Below are positions 9,653 through 17,894 of a stretch of 64,000 nt of DNA, piece after piece (the first letter of the stretch is position 1; each line of letters opens with the position of its first letter). Source of the DNA: Nitrospinaceae bacterium (GTDB lineage: Bacteria > Nitrospinota > Nitrospinia > Nitrospinales > Nitrospinaceae); NCBI GenBank assembly GCA_965237905.1, contig OZ250172.1, forward strand, positions 2,656,001 through 2,720,000, in the 5' to 3' direction. The notes beneath the pieces are model-generated. The model saw nothing but the letters and a program-made list of their open reading frames with translations, ran no database searches and was not told the DNA's origin. Made by a program: the position numbers and the translations under genes.

Positions 9653-9672
9653 AAAAACCTCCAAAAGATACT

Positions 9673-10188
9673 TTAACCTAATAAATTTCCCAAACGAAAG
9701 CGCATAGCCGATTTGCTAACCTTAAATTGGATAGCAAGTTTGTTTAATTCTTCATCCTTATCAATATCGATACCTTTTCCGCCAAGAGCTTCTTCAATAA
9801 ATTTTTTAGGCATTAGAAGTTCTGCGGCAAAAGAATTAGCTTGTATCTCTATTCCATTTATTCCCGCAGAAGATATTGAATCTCGCATAAGCATAGGAAA
9901 TTCTTTATCAACATGTATTCCGTCGGAAATTTCATTTTTGTGAAAAATCAAATGACCAATTTCATGTGAAATTGTAAATCTTTGCCTATTAGGGTGATGT
10001 AATGAATTTACTCCTATAATTGGGCAACCATTTTTAAAGAAAATCATTCCTGAAATTTCATCGTCTAGAGGAGAATATCGCAGTTTTGCTCCTAGCTTTT
10101 TTGCAATGCGATCAACAGGAACAGGACCATAAACCACATTATATTCATCTAACAATTGTTTAGCACGATTTTCGAATTTTGTGGCCAT
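9673..10188 (-). CDS. ImmA/IrrE-family Zn metallopeptidase (CapP-like)
   Basis: QRFTISHEIGH (HExxH), EIQANSFAAELLMP; follows the XRE gene, divergent from CBASS. Confidence 0.88.
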   Translation of the reverse strand: MATKFENRAKQLLDEYNVVYGPVPVDRIAKKLGAKLRYSPLDDEISGMIFFKNGCPIIGVNSLHHPNRQRFTISHEIGHLIFHKNEISDGIHVDKEFPMLMRDSISSAGINGIEIQANSFAAELLMPKKFIEEALGGKGIDIDKDEELNKLAIQFKVSKSAMRFRLGNLLG

Positions 10189-10226
10189 ATTACTCTCCTT
10201 ATACATGCTTAAGACTCAATTGCACC

Positions 10227-10556
10227 TTAAGCATCTCTAATAATTTTAAATATTGCCTGCTTCTGTTCTTCTGTTAAATCTTCGTCCTTATGCAATCGAA
10301 AGGAAGACACTGAGGATTTTGATGGTGTAAATTTTTCTATGGGGGGTAAGAGCTTGTCCAATGAATCAAGATTTAACACTTGAGCAATGCAATAAAGGCG
10401 GTGGGTCAATACATGCTGTCTCCCGGCTTCAATATTTGCTAAAGATGCCCGAGAAATTCCAATTTGATCAGCAAGTTGACCTTGTGTAATGTCCTCACTT
10501 TTACGAATTTTTTTTATTTTTTGTCCAACGAGGAGTGAAAATTTGTCAGGTTCCAT
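10227..10556 (-). CDS. XRE-family HTH repressor (CapH-like)
   Basis: IRKSEDITQGQLADQIGISRASLANIEAGRQ; divergent from the CBASS operon. Confidence 0.88.
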   Translation of the reverse strand: MEPDKFSLLVGQKIKKIRKSEDITQGQLADQIGISRASLANIEAGRQHVLTHRLYCIAQVLNLDSLDKLLPPIEKFTPSKSSVSSFRLHKDEDLTEEQKQAIFKIIRDA

Positions 10557-10561
10557 AACTC

Positions 10562-10666
10562 CTTATACTAGTAAACACAGGATATGTCAAGCAAGCAAAC
10601 AATTTGTTTGGGATACAAACATATATATTTTTTTTATATTGACATCTGGCAGCAGATTGATATGCT
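10562..10666. promoter_or_regulatory. Divergent promoter region with candidate operator palindrome CAAACAA-T-TTGTTTG (10596-10610)
   Basis: Rightward TTGACA 10639-10644 with TGnTATGCT (-10 at 10661-10666); leftward TTGACA 10590-10585 with TATAAG after 17 bp; palindrome lies between them. Confidence 0.55.
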
Positions 10667-10753
10667 CACAGATAAGTAATGGCACCACGTTTCTCGGAAT
10701 CAGCTATTTATCCTGGTTGATCCGACCTGAATCCAAAATAGGAGGCAATAATC

Positions 10754-11767
10754 TTGAAGGAAGGGGTAGAAGAAACTGGACATCCGAAGCGGCGTATCCT
10801 ATGCATCGATGGGGGCGGCATCCTCGGTACATTCCCTGCGGCCTTTTTGGCCGAACTGGAGCAGCATCTCGAACACCCGATCGGTTCGTACTTCGACCTG
10901 ATTGCGGGAACATCTACAGGCGGCATCCTCGGGATTGCCCTGTCCTTGGGTCTTCCCGCATCCGAAATTCTTGACCTTTACGAAAAACGAGGTCCAGAGA
11001 TTTTCGGCCAGGATCATGGTGCGCTTATAAGTTTGATTTTAAGGAAAATTCGCGGTTTCCGGCAGCTATACAGACGCAAATATGATTCCGATGCGCTTCG
11101 TTCCGTTCTAAAGGAAGTTTTGGGTACCAGGCGTATTGGTGAAGCTCGGACCCGACTGGTTGTTCCGGCTTGGAACCCAGTGGCTCAATCAGTTTACATT
11201 TATAAGACCGCACATCACCATCGCCTGAAAACAGATTACCGATCGTTCGCCGTCGATGCTGCACTCGCCACGTCTGCAGCGCCGACCTATTTCCAGCATC
11301 ACATCACGCAAAACGATGTTGGATTGCTTGACGGGGGAATCTGGGCGAATAACCCGATCGCCATAGCCGTAGTGGAGGCCATTGCCGTTTTGGGTTGGCC
11401 TCGGGAATCATTGCAAATTTTAAGCCTTAGCTGTTTGGATGAAGCCTACTCAATCCCGAAATGGGTGGGAGTTGGCACACTCGGATTGAAAATCCGCAAT
11501 CTATTTATGGACGGCCAGTCGAAAGGCGCTATGGGCATCGCCAAGCTACTCACAGGCCATGAACATGAACGCAAAGCCATTTACCGGATCAGCCACACAA
11601 TCCCATATAACGCCTTCAAGATGGATGACACGCGTGTGATTCAGGACCTGAAAGGTCTCGGGCATACCATGGCTCGTGATAGGAACCCTGTTCTGGAACC
11701 CGTATTTTTTGACAAACCGGCGAAAGAGTTCACGCCGATTTACCAACTTAATGAGGAATCGCAATGA
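10754..11767 (+). CDS. capV: CBASS patatin-like phospholipase effector (CapV-like)
   Basis: DGGGILG, GTSTG nucleophile elbow, DGG; overlaps the CD-NTase start (ATGA); GGAGG before the TTG start. Confidence 0.88.
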   Translation: MKEGVEETGHPKRRILCIDGGGILGTFPAAFLAELEQHLEHPIGSYFDLIAGTSTGGILGIALSLGLPASEILDLYEKRGPEIFGQDHGALISLILRKIRGFRQLYRRKYDSDALRSVLKEVLGTRRIGEARTRLVVPAWNPVAQSVYIYKTAHHHRLKTDYRSFAVDAALATSAAPTYFQHHITQNDVGLLDGGIWANNPIAIAVVEAIAVLGWPRESLQILSLSCLDEAYSIPKWVGVGTLGLKIRNLFMDGQSKGAMGIAKLLTGHEHERKAIYRISHTIPYNAFKMDDTRVIQDLKGLGHTMARDRNPVLEPVFFDKPAKEFTPIYQLNEESQ

Positions 11768-12963
11768 CAATTGACACAGAAAAATACAACAGATTTTTGG
11801 ATAGCGTTGCGGAAGAAATTGATATACCGCCGAGCAAATATCAGGATGCGGTTGAGCGCTACCAGTCCGTCGGAAAGTGGCTGGAGGCAGGTGAGTACTT
11901 AGAATCTTCCGGCAAGCCAAGCATTTACCCGCAAGGCTCTTTTCGCCTGGGAACGGTGGCCAGGCCTATAAGGGGCGGCGTCGAGGCAAGCTATGACATT
12001 GATCTTGTATGTGAGTTGCCGATCGAAAAAAAACGGACCGACCCGTATTCGATCAAGACTATGGTCGGTGATCGCTTACGCGAGCACGGCACATATCGCA
12101 AATTGCTTGACAAGGAAGGTAAGCGATGCTGGACGCTCGAATACGCCGAAGAGGATGAGGTTGGCTTTCATCTGGACGTTCTGCCATCCGTCCCGGATCA
12201 AAAGGGTCTTCTAGATACCTCTATTGCCATCACCAATAAACAAGCAGGAGTCTACGATTGGTCTTCGAGCGATCCGAATGGCTTTGGGCTCTGGTTTGAT
12301 CGCCAGAATCGGGCGGCGTTCGAGGTCGCCCTGATCGAACAAAAGCGATCCATTCAGGAGCGGATGCCCAATCTTTATGGGAAAGTTGACGACGTTCCAG
12401 ACCAACTCGTCCGCACGCCCCTCCAAAGGTCGATTCAGCTCATGAAACGTCACCGTGATGTGAAGTTTAATGACGCACAGTATAATGGTTACGCGCCGAT
12501 CTCGATCATCATTACGACCTTGGCTGCGCAGTTTTATCAGGATGAGCCGGATACCTTTTCGGCGCTGACCAGAATTATCGACCAACTCCATGAGCATGCG
12601 GTTCTTGTTGAAAATGGGACCGTGAACAAAGCTCTCGCGCCCTTCAGTCCTATTAAACGCACGTCTGACGGAAAGTGGTACATAGGCAATCCGGTCAATT
12701 CAGATGAGAATTTCGCCGACCGCTGGCACGAGGATAAACATGCACGTGCGAGGGCCTTTTTCTCTTGGGTGGCTGCCTTAAAGGAGGACCTCATAAACAT
12801 TTTGGCTGAAACACGTCCTGATGTCATGCGCAAACGACTTACCGCTGTGCTTGGTGCGGCTGTTGTGTCTGGTCATCTCGACCTGATCTCACCAGCCCAG
12901 GCCGCCGTGGTCAGTGCCCCAAGTATTCATATCTCGGGAGCAGCTAAACCCTGGAGGGCATGA
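11764..12963 (+). CDS. CBASS CD-NTase (cGAS/DncV-like nucleotidyltransferase)
   Basis: QGSFRLGT..P...YDIDL, HLDVLP, QLMKRHRD, PISIIITTL, NPVNSDENFADRW; C-terminus KPWRA. Confidence 0.92.
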   Translation: MTIDTEKYNRFLDSVAEEIDIPPSKYQDAVERYQSVGKWLEAGEYLESSGKPSIYPQGSFRLGTVARPIRGGVEASYDIDLVCELPIEKKRTDPYSIKTMVGDRLREHGTYRKLLDKEGKRCWTLEYAEEDEVGFHLDVLPSVPDQKGLLDTSIAITNKQAGVYDWSSSDPNGFGLWFDRQNRAAFEVALIEQKRSIQERMPNLYGKVDDVPDQLVRTPLQRSIQLMKRHRDVKFNDAQYNGYAPISIIITTLAAQFYQDEPDTFSALTRIIDQLHEHAVLVENGTVNKALAPFSPIKRTSDGKWYIGNPVNSDENFADRWHEDKHARARAFFSWVAALKEDLINILAETRPDVMRKRLTAVLGAAVVSGHLDLISPAQAAVVSAPSIHISGAAKPWRA

Positions 12964-13713
12964 GTGAAGGAAGAACTCTCCGCCCAAATCGCCGAGCTAC
13001 AGACGGTTCATACGGGTCTGACAAAAATCGCGGAGAAGGATAACGAAACTGTCGTTTCCGGACCGTTGCCGTTCAAGGCATCGGCTGACGGGCTTAGCCC
13101 AATTACCGAATGCTTTGAGATAGAATTAATCATCCCCAATAAATACCCGAAGATCCTGCCGCGTGTTAGGGAAACCGGTGGGAAAGTCGACGGCGATTAT
13201 GACCACCTCTATAAGGATGGAACGCTCTGTCTAGCTGTCCCGATCGAGGAGCGCAGGAGATTTGGAGAACAACCCACCCTTCTAGGTTTTATAAACAAAC
13301 TGGTAATTCCCTATTTTTTTGGCTACTACTACTGGGAAAAAAACGGCAAATATCCTTTCGACGAGCAAGCCCATGGCCCCGATGGGATTGTCCGGCATTA
13401 TATGGATTCCCTCCATCTACCGGATGAAATCTCAGCTCTGGCTGTCGTTTCCTACCTTCTTGAGTATGGCTATCGCGGTCATCATTTATGTCCTTGTGGA
13501 AGCAGCGAAAAGGTTCGAAATTGCCATGGCAAAGCATTACACGACCTACATGAACAGCACAATGAAATCACTTTAAAAAATGATTTCTTGTCGGCGCTGG
13601 ATGTCTGCATCAACAAAGTAAAAGAGGACAAACTTAAAATTCCTGAATCCCTTAAAAGACAGGTTCTTCGAATTTACAATAAGATCAAAAACAAAATCTT
13701 CGATGTTGACTAA
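12964..13713 (+). CDS. Prokaryotic E2 (UBC-like) protein with C-terminal SEC-C Zn motif; CBASS ancillary protein
   Basis: IELIIPNKYPKILPRV...HLYKDGTLCL resembles the UBC active-site region with catalytic Cys; CPCGSSEKVRNCH is SEC-C; abuts the CD-NTase stop. Confidence 0.78.
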   Translation: MKEELSAQIAELQTVHTGLTKIAEKDNETVVSGPLPFKASADGLSPITECFEIELIIPNKYPKILPRVRETGGKVDGDYDHLYKDGTLCLAVPIEERRRFGEQPTLLGFINKLVIPYFFGYYYWEKNGKYPFDEQAHGPDGIVRHYMDSLHLPDEISALAVVSYLLEYGYRGHHLCPCGSSEKVRNCHGKALHDLHEQHNEITLKNDFLSALDVCINKVKEDKLKIPESLKRQVLRIYNKIKNKIFDVD

Positions 13714-13756
13714 CAGAGTTGGGTCTTATAATTAATAATATATAATATAATAATTT

Positions 13757-13954
13757 ATGGCCATCTTCATCCCCCACAGATGCCCGATATGCTTCGAGAG
13801 CGTGACGCTGATACTGCCGCAGCATAAGGGTGGTGCGTTTAAGGGTACAGCGAAGGGGCAGTGTTTAAATTGCATGGATGAGCAGGAACACGATTTAACT
13901 GTCCCCGCCAATAGGAAAGATTTAATCAAAGTCAAAGGACCAGAACGGCAGTAA
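13757..13954 (+). CDS. Small Zn-ribbon-like protein
   Basis: 65 aa with CPIC...CLNC. Confidence 0.45.
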   Translation: MAIFIPHRCPICFESVTLILPQHKGGAFKGTAKGQCLNCMDEQEHDLTVPANRKDLIKVKGPERQ

Positions 13955-14062
13955 CCGCGATCAGGAGAATTTTAGAGAGGACCAATCACCCAAAGCAGAC
14001 GTTCGCCTAACGGCTTCGACCGGCAGGAACCGGCCATAAGCGGACATTTACCCATATGCGGA

Positions 14063-14347
14063 TTATTCATCAATAAATTCATTTGCTGGAGATTTGATAA
14101 AATCACTACTCAATGGGAAATATGCTCGTAGACCTCCATCATCTATGCATCCGTGAACTCTAATATCACCATCAGGTTTATCGTCCCAATGAGTGATGAT
14201 TTCAATATGGTATTTCTTACCATCTTTTGATGTTACTTCCCTGGTAACAGGTTCTTTTTCGATATTCTTTTGTAAATCTTGATGAGAAATAGGACGGAAT
14301 AATTCTAATTCATTTTCAAGTAATTTAATTGCTTCTTGTTTATCCAT
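14063..14347 (-). CDS. Hypothetical protein (AT-rich cassette gene)
   Basis: 94-aa ATG ORF with protein-like composition (WDDKPDGDIRV...DDGG); no function assigned. Confidence 0.6.
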   Translation of the reverse strand: MDKQEAIKLLENELELFRPISHQDLQKNIEKEPVTREVTSKDGKKYHIEIITHWDDKPDGDIRVHGCIDDGGLRAYFPLSSDFIKSPANEFIDE

Positions 14348-14505
14348 AAGTTTTTCAATTTCCGCTTTAGGTCGTTTTCAGATTAAGTAATATTTCGGCC
14401 ACAAGCGGACACTTGCCCAAGCACAAGAAACCCCGCTCTAGTCGGGGCCTCATCTTGGTCCTCGGTTCTTCTTGTTATGCGCTGAGTCGAGGGGAAGGGC
14501 GGACC

Positions 14506-14994
14506 TTATCTGGACCTGTGCGCTTCCAGCTCGATCTCGATCATGAACCCGGGCAGGGCGAGCCCTTTGACCTCGAGCCAGGTTCCGGTCGGAAACTGCT
14601 TTGTGTAGATCGAGTTACGATACGAAGCGACCTCGAGAAACTTCGCCATGTTGGTCGTATAGACGTTCTCAACTATCACGTCGTCGAAGGTATAGCCGTA
14701 GTGCTTCAGAACCTTATCCAGATCGGAGTAAGCGTTTTTCATCTGCTGCTCCAAATCGCCGACAGCTGTCGGGTTGCCCTCATCATCCATGCTCACGGCG
14801 CCCGAGATCTTGATGTCATCACCGATCTTCACGGCATGCGTGTAGCCGTAGGCCTTTTCGACCTCCGGTCGCAAAAGGAAATACTCCGGCATTTCTTTCG
14901 CCAGCACGATCGTCTCGTCGGATTCCGGGCCGGGGCAGCCGGACAGGAAAGCCAGGAAGAGTGTTGCAAGGACGAGCAGTGATTTTTTGTTCAT
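14506..14994 (-). CDS. RidA/YjgF family protein with lipoprotein signal peptide
   Basis: YTHAVKIGD..ISG, FPTGTWLEVKGLALPGFMIEIELEA; N-terminal MNKK..FLSGC; GAGGAG RBS. Confidence 0.82.
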   Translation of the reverse strand: MNKKSLLVLATLFLAFLSGCPGPESDETIVLAKEMPEYFLLRPEVEKAYGYTHAVKIGDDIKISGAVSMDDEGNPTAVGDLEQQMKNAYSDLDKVLKHYGYTFDDVIVENVYTTNMAKFLEVASYRNSIYTKQFPTGTWLEVKGLALPGFMIEIELEAHRSR

Positions 14995-15160
14995 TGTTTT
15001 TCTCCTCAGATTTGTCAAACGGCCGCTTTGGGTCGTTTGCGGGCTAACGATCAGCGCGATCGAACGTCCGCTTTCCGTGCTAACTGTTATGACTCATCGT
15101 CTGTCCACAATAGGATTTCTTCTTCAAAAATCCCCCACCCGCTCCACCAACTCCGGTTGG

Positions 15161-15613
15161 TCATTCAACCGGACACCACCCCACCCTTGCTCCGCCGTGA
15201 TACTCCCTACCAAGTCCCTGCTGGATGATCTTCTCTGCCAGATTGTCCCCGCTGGTCAGCTTCACGTCCGCCACTACTCGACCGGCGTACTTCCCATGCT
15301 TGACGTTTGCCAGTAGCACCACCTCACCCAAGATCAGCCCTTTCACGAAGTCGCGTGCTTCAATGGCCTTCTGTTTCTCAGATTCACACTTTCCACGGAT
15401 TTCAGGAGTATCCACGCCATTAACCCGGACGCTGGCCTTTGCTTCCAGACCGGGCCACGGGTAGGCTTCCACCGTGAACGTGTCGCCGTCATAGACCTTT
15501 ATGACCTTGGCGGACACCGGGCCAGTAATGGCGGGATCAGCCCATGAGGTAACGGGGGCCAGGAGAAGGCATACGGCAAGAATCAGGATCGGGATTTTGT
15601 TCGGAGTATCCAT
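15161..15613 (-). CDS. Secreted thermonuclease (SNase) family protein
   Basis: VYDGDT, VRVNGVDTPE, KYAGRVVA; signal peptide. Confidence 0.85.
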   Translation of the reverse strand: MDTPNKIPILILAVCLLLAPVTSWADPAITGPVSAKVIKVYDGDTFTVEAYPWPGLEAKASVRVNGVDTPEIRGKCESEKQKAIEARDFVKGLILGEVVLLANVKHGKYAGRVVADVKLTSGDNLAEKIIQQGLGREYHGGARVGWCPVE

Positions 15614-15719
15614 ACCCGAAACTATACACCGATTGGTGATTATTCGGACACCATAAAAAGGCCAGCAGAGAGAGCCGTTTTCTGGTTGAATATACCTTTA
15701 ATTTAATACTATATAATAT

Positions 15720-16373
15720 TATGATGTTGTGCCCGCCCGCCGCGGCAATCTCCAGCGCGCGCTTCACGTGGAGCTGGCCTTTGACATCGGTGAAGTCGAT
15801 TTCGTACAGCGCTTCACGGAAAAAATCCTCACCCGTTTTTGTCGGCAGGGGATCGATCATCGACTCGCCGTTCAGGAACGCAACGGCCTGCGGCAGGTTG
15901 CTCACCGGATAGACGTTAAGACCCTCCACCACGGCGGCCTCCGCCGCATTTTCAACCGGGAGCAAAAGACCGGCAAGACCCTTCGCCTTGGCCTCCACGG
16001 CGATGGAGAGCGCACCCTTGATCGGTTTCACCCGTCCGTCCAGCGACAACTCGCCGAGGATCATGTAGTTTTCCAAGTCGTCTTTGCGGAGCACGTGGTT
16101 GGCGGCGCAGATGCCGAGGGCGATGGGCAGATCGAACGCCGAGCCTTCCTTCTTGATGTTGGCCGGGGCGAGGTTGACGGTGATGCGCTTGACCGGCAGA
16201 TCGAGATTGGTGTTCTTGATGGCGGCCATCACGCGGTCGCTCGACTCCTTCACCGCCGCGTCGGGCAGGCCGACGATGGAAAAGTTGGGCACGCCGGGCG
16301 CCAGGTTCACCTCGACCTCGACGAGGTAACCCTCGATGCCCAATACCGCTCCGCTCAATACCCGCGCGACCAT
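15720..16373 (-). pseudogene. comM: comM/yifB (Mg-chelatase-like AAA+ ATPase), 5' fragment interrupted by the island
   Basis: VGLPDAAVKES, ITVNLAPA..KEGSAFDLPIA, GELSLDG, DVKGQ..KRALEIAAAGGHN, then divergence before the expected GPPGSGK; reads through into the island to a stop at 15537. Confidence 0.9.
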
Positions 16374-16391
16374 TTGCCCTCCGCAAGTTGT

Positions 16392-17114
16392 TTACGTTGT
16401 CCACATTTTTCGGATTTTATTTTTTTCTTTCTCAATTTTCGCTCCCACCAGACGCTCCCATAGACACAGTCCGGAATAATTTTCCACCCGTGTCGTGGGA
16501 ACCTGGAAATGTTTTAAGGTTTTGTTCGACGCTTCGTTGGGAATGATAAAGGACCACATGTGCAAGGCGCCCCTGTTGTTCTCGGTGAGGATGGATTTGA
16601 AGTAGGAATGCGGAACGGGGAGGGTGACGCCGTTATCATCCTCCGATCCGATGGTTTTCACGGCTTTGTTGAAATCAAATATCGGTCCGCTGAGAACATA
16701 AGTTTCGTAGATGTTCTTTTTGGCGTTGAGTTGCCGGACGGCCTTCTCTAAATCTTTCCATATCTTGCGGTTTAAATCGGGGTGTTGCGGCGACATATTC
16801 GACAGCAAAAAAGTCTCGCTGTTTTCAAGGTCCTCTTCCCGGTGATTGGCGCTGGGGACCAGGTGACCGCGATCGAAACCCGATTTCAGGTAATCCGCCA
16901 GGTCGGCCCGGAACATTTGGGGAACGCGGTAATCCGAACGAAAATTGTCCGCTCTTTCAACCGGTGATTCGGCGGGGTCGACGATCTCCAGGGCCCATTT
17001 GGCTTGGCGGAAGTAATAGGAGTATCCGATGACGTAATGCCGGTTGAATAGAATTTGATCGGCGGCTGGCATGCCGTATCTCGTTTCACGCTTCAAGCTC
17101 GGTAAATCCAGCAT
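16392..17114 (-). CDS. DNA/RNA non-specific endonuclease (NucA/EndA family)
   Basis: DRGHLVP, TFLLSNMSPQ..LNRKIW..LE; AAGGAGG before the ATG at 17114. Confidence 0.88.
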   Translation of the reverse strand: MLDLPSLKRETRYGMPAADQILFNRHYVIGYSYYFRQAKWALEIVDPAESPVERADNFRSDYRVPQMFRADLADYLKSGFDRGHLVPSANHREEDLENSETFLLSNMSPQHPDLNRKIWKDLEKAVRQLNAKKNIYETYVLSGPIFDFNKAVKTIGSEDDNGVTLPVPHSYFKSILTENNRGALHMWSFIIPNEASNKTLKHFQVPTTRVENYSGLCLWERLVGAKIEKEKNKIRKMWTT

Positions 17115-17294
17115 GGCATCCTCCTTGAGTACAGGTGATGAGTCAACTTTGTGTGATGCTGGGATTATATTCGGAAAGTCTAAAAAATGCAAAATCGGGC
17201 GGGAGGACTGCAAAGATGGGTCTTTTTCAGGAGTATAATTGTGAGATGGGCCTGCAAGGGTCGTTGGCCAACCTTGAATAAGGAGCAAACTGTC

Positions 17295-17486
17295 ATGAAT
17301 ACCAAGAGAAAACTCCACGATGGCATCGTTGGGGCGGTTCTGACGGCGGGGTCGGCGCTCGCCTACTATGTCGATCCGCTATGGATCCTCGTGCCCGGCG
17401 CGCTGGGCGTCGTTCTTCTGCAAAGCGGATTGACGGGGTTCTGCCCGCTCTATTTCATTCTGGACAAGACGACTAAGACTGCATGA
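17295..17486 (+). CDS. DUF2892/YgaP-like small membrane protein
   Basis: Two TM segments and LLQSGLTGFCPLY; AGGAG RBS. Confidence 0.75.
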   Translation: MNTKRKLHDGIVGAVLTAGSALAYYVDPLWILVPGALGVVLLQSGLTGFCPLYFILDKTTKTA

Positions 17487-17489
17487 TAG

Positions 17490-17890
17490 AGAGCGCAGAG
17501 TCCGCCGAGAAAACCTTAAGCAGACAGGATAACAGGATGAATAGGATTGTTTCACCACAGAGGGCACAGAGTACACAGAGACCAGCGTAACGCTGGACTC
17601 AGCATAAATACTCCTCCCCTTACCAAGGGGAGGATGCAGGTGGGGCCGGGTAAGGCCCGGAGCTAACATTCTCCTCTCCCCTCATGGGGAGAGGATTAAG
17701 GTGAGGGGTGGTTTGACAGGATCACAAGATAAAGGAGGAATCCCCCCGGCCCCCTTTACAAGGGGGAGCTAAATTACCCCGGCTCCCTCCTTCGACAAGC
17801 TCAGGACAAGTTTTACAAGGAGAGCAAAATTAAAAATCCCTCTCCCCATGAGGGGAGAGGGATAGGTTGACAGGATTATGCAAAGGTCTC
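17490..17890. repeat. Cluster of REP-like palindromic repeats
   Basis: CCAGCGTAACGCTGG, CTCCTCCCCTTACCAAGGGGAGG, CCTCTCCCC..GGGGAGAGG, CCCCCTTTACAAGGGGG, CCTTCGACAAGCTCAGGACA; copies recur elsewhere in the window. Confidence 0.8.
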
Positions 17891-17894
17891 GTGA

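Larger units (their letters stand above)
13992..15074. repeat. Six recombination-site-like arms bracketing two single-gene cassettes
   Basis: CGGCCAyAAGCGGACA at 14031 and 14396; CCGCTTTrGGTCGTTT at 14362 and 15023; outer inverted pair at 13992-14005 and 15061-15074. Confidence 0.7.
1..15720. mobile_element. Composite genomic (defence) island inserted in comM; left boundary outside the window
   Basis: Visibly AT-rich versus the GC-rich chromosome to the right; carries recombinases, a Rep-like gene, R-M and CBASS; right edge coincides with the point where comM homology stops (AAAGGHNII, then unrelated sequence). Confidence 0.85.

Noticed and set aside
14005..15050. Integron attC sites (GCCTAAC at 14005, GGCTAAC near 15042)
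   Set aside because: No matching GTTRRRY partner or long imperfect hairpin, and the nearby recombinase is too short and lacks the IntI insertion.
15537..15719. Novel C-terminal domain of ComM
   Set aside because: It is read-through into island DNA and overlaps the thermonuclease start in another frame.
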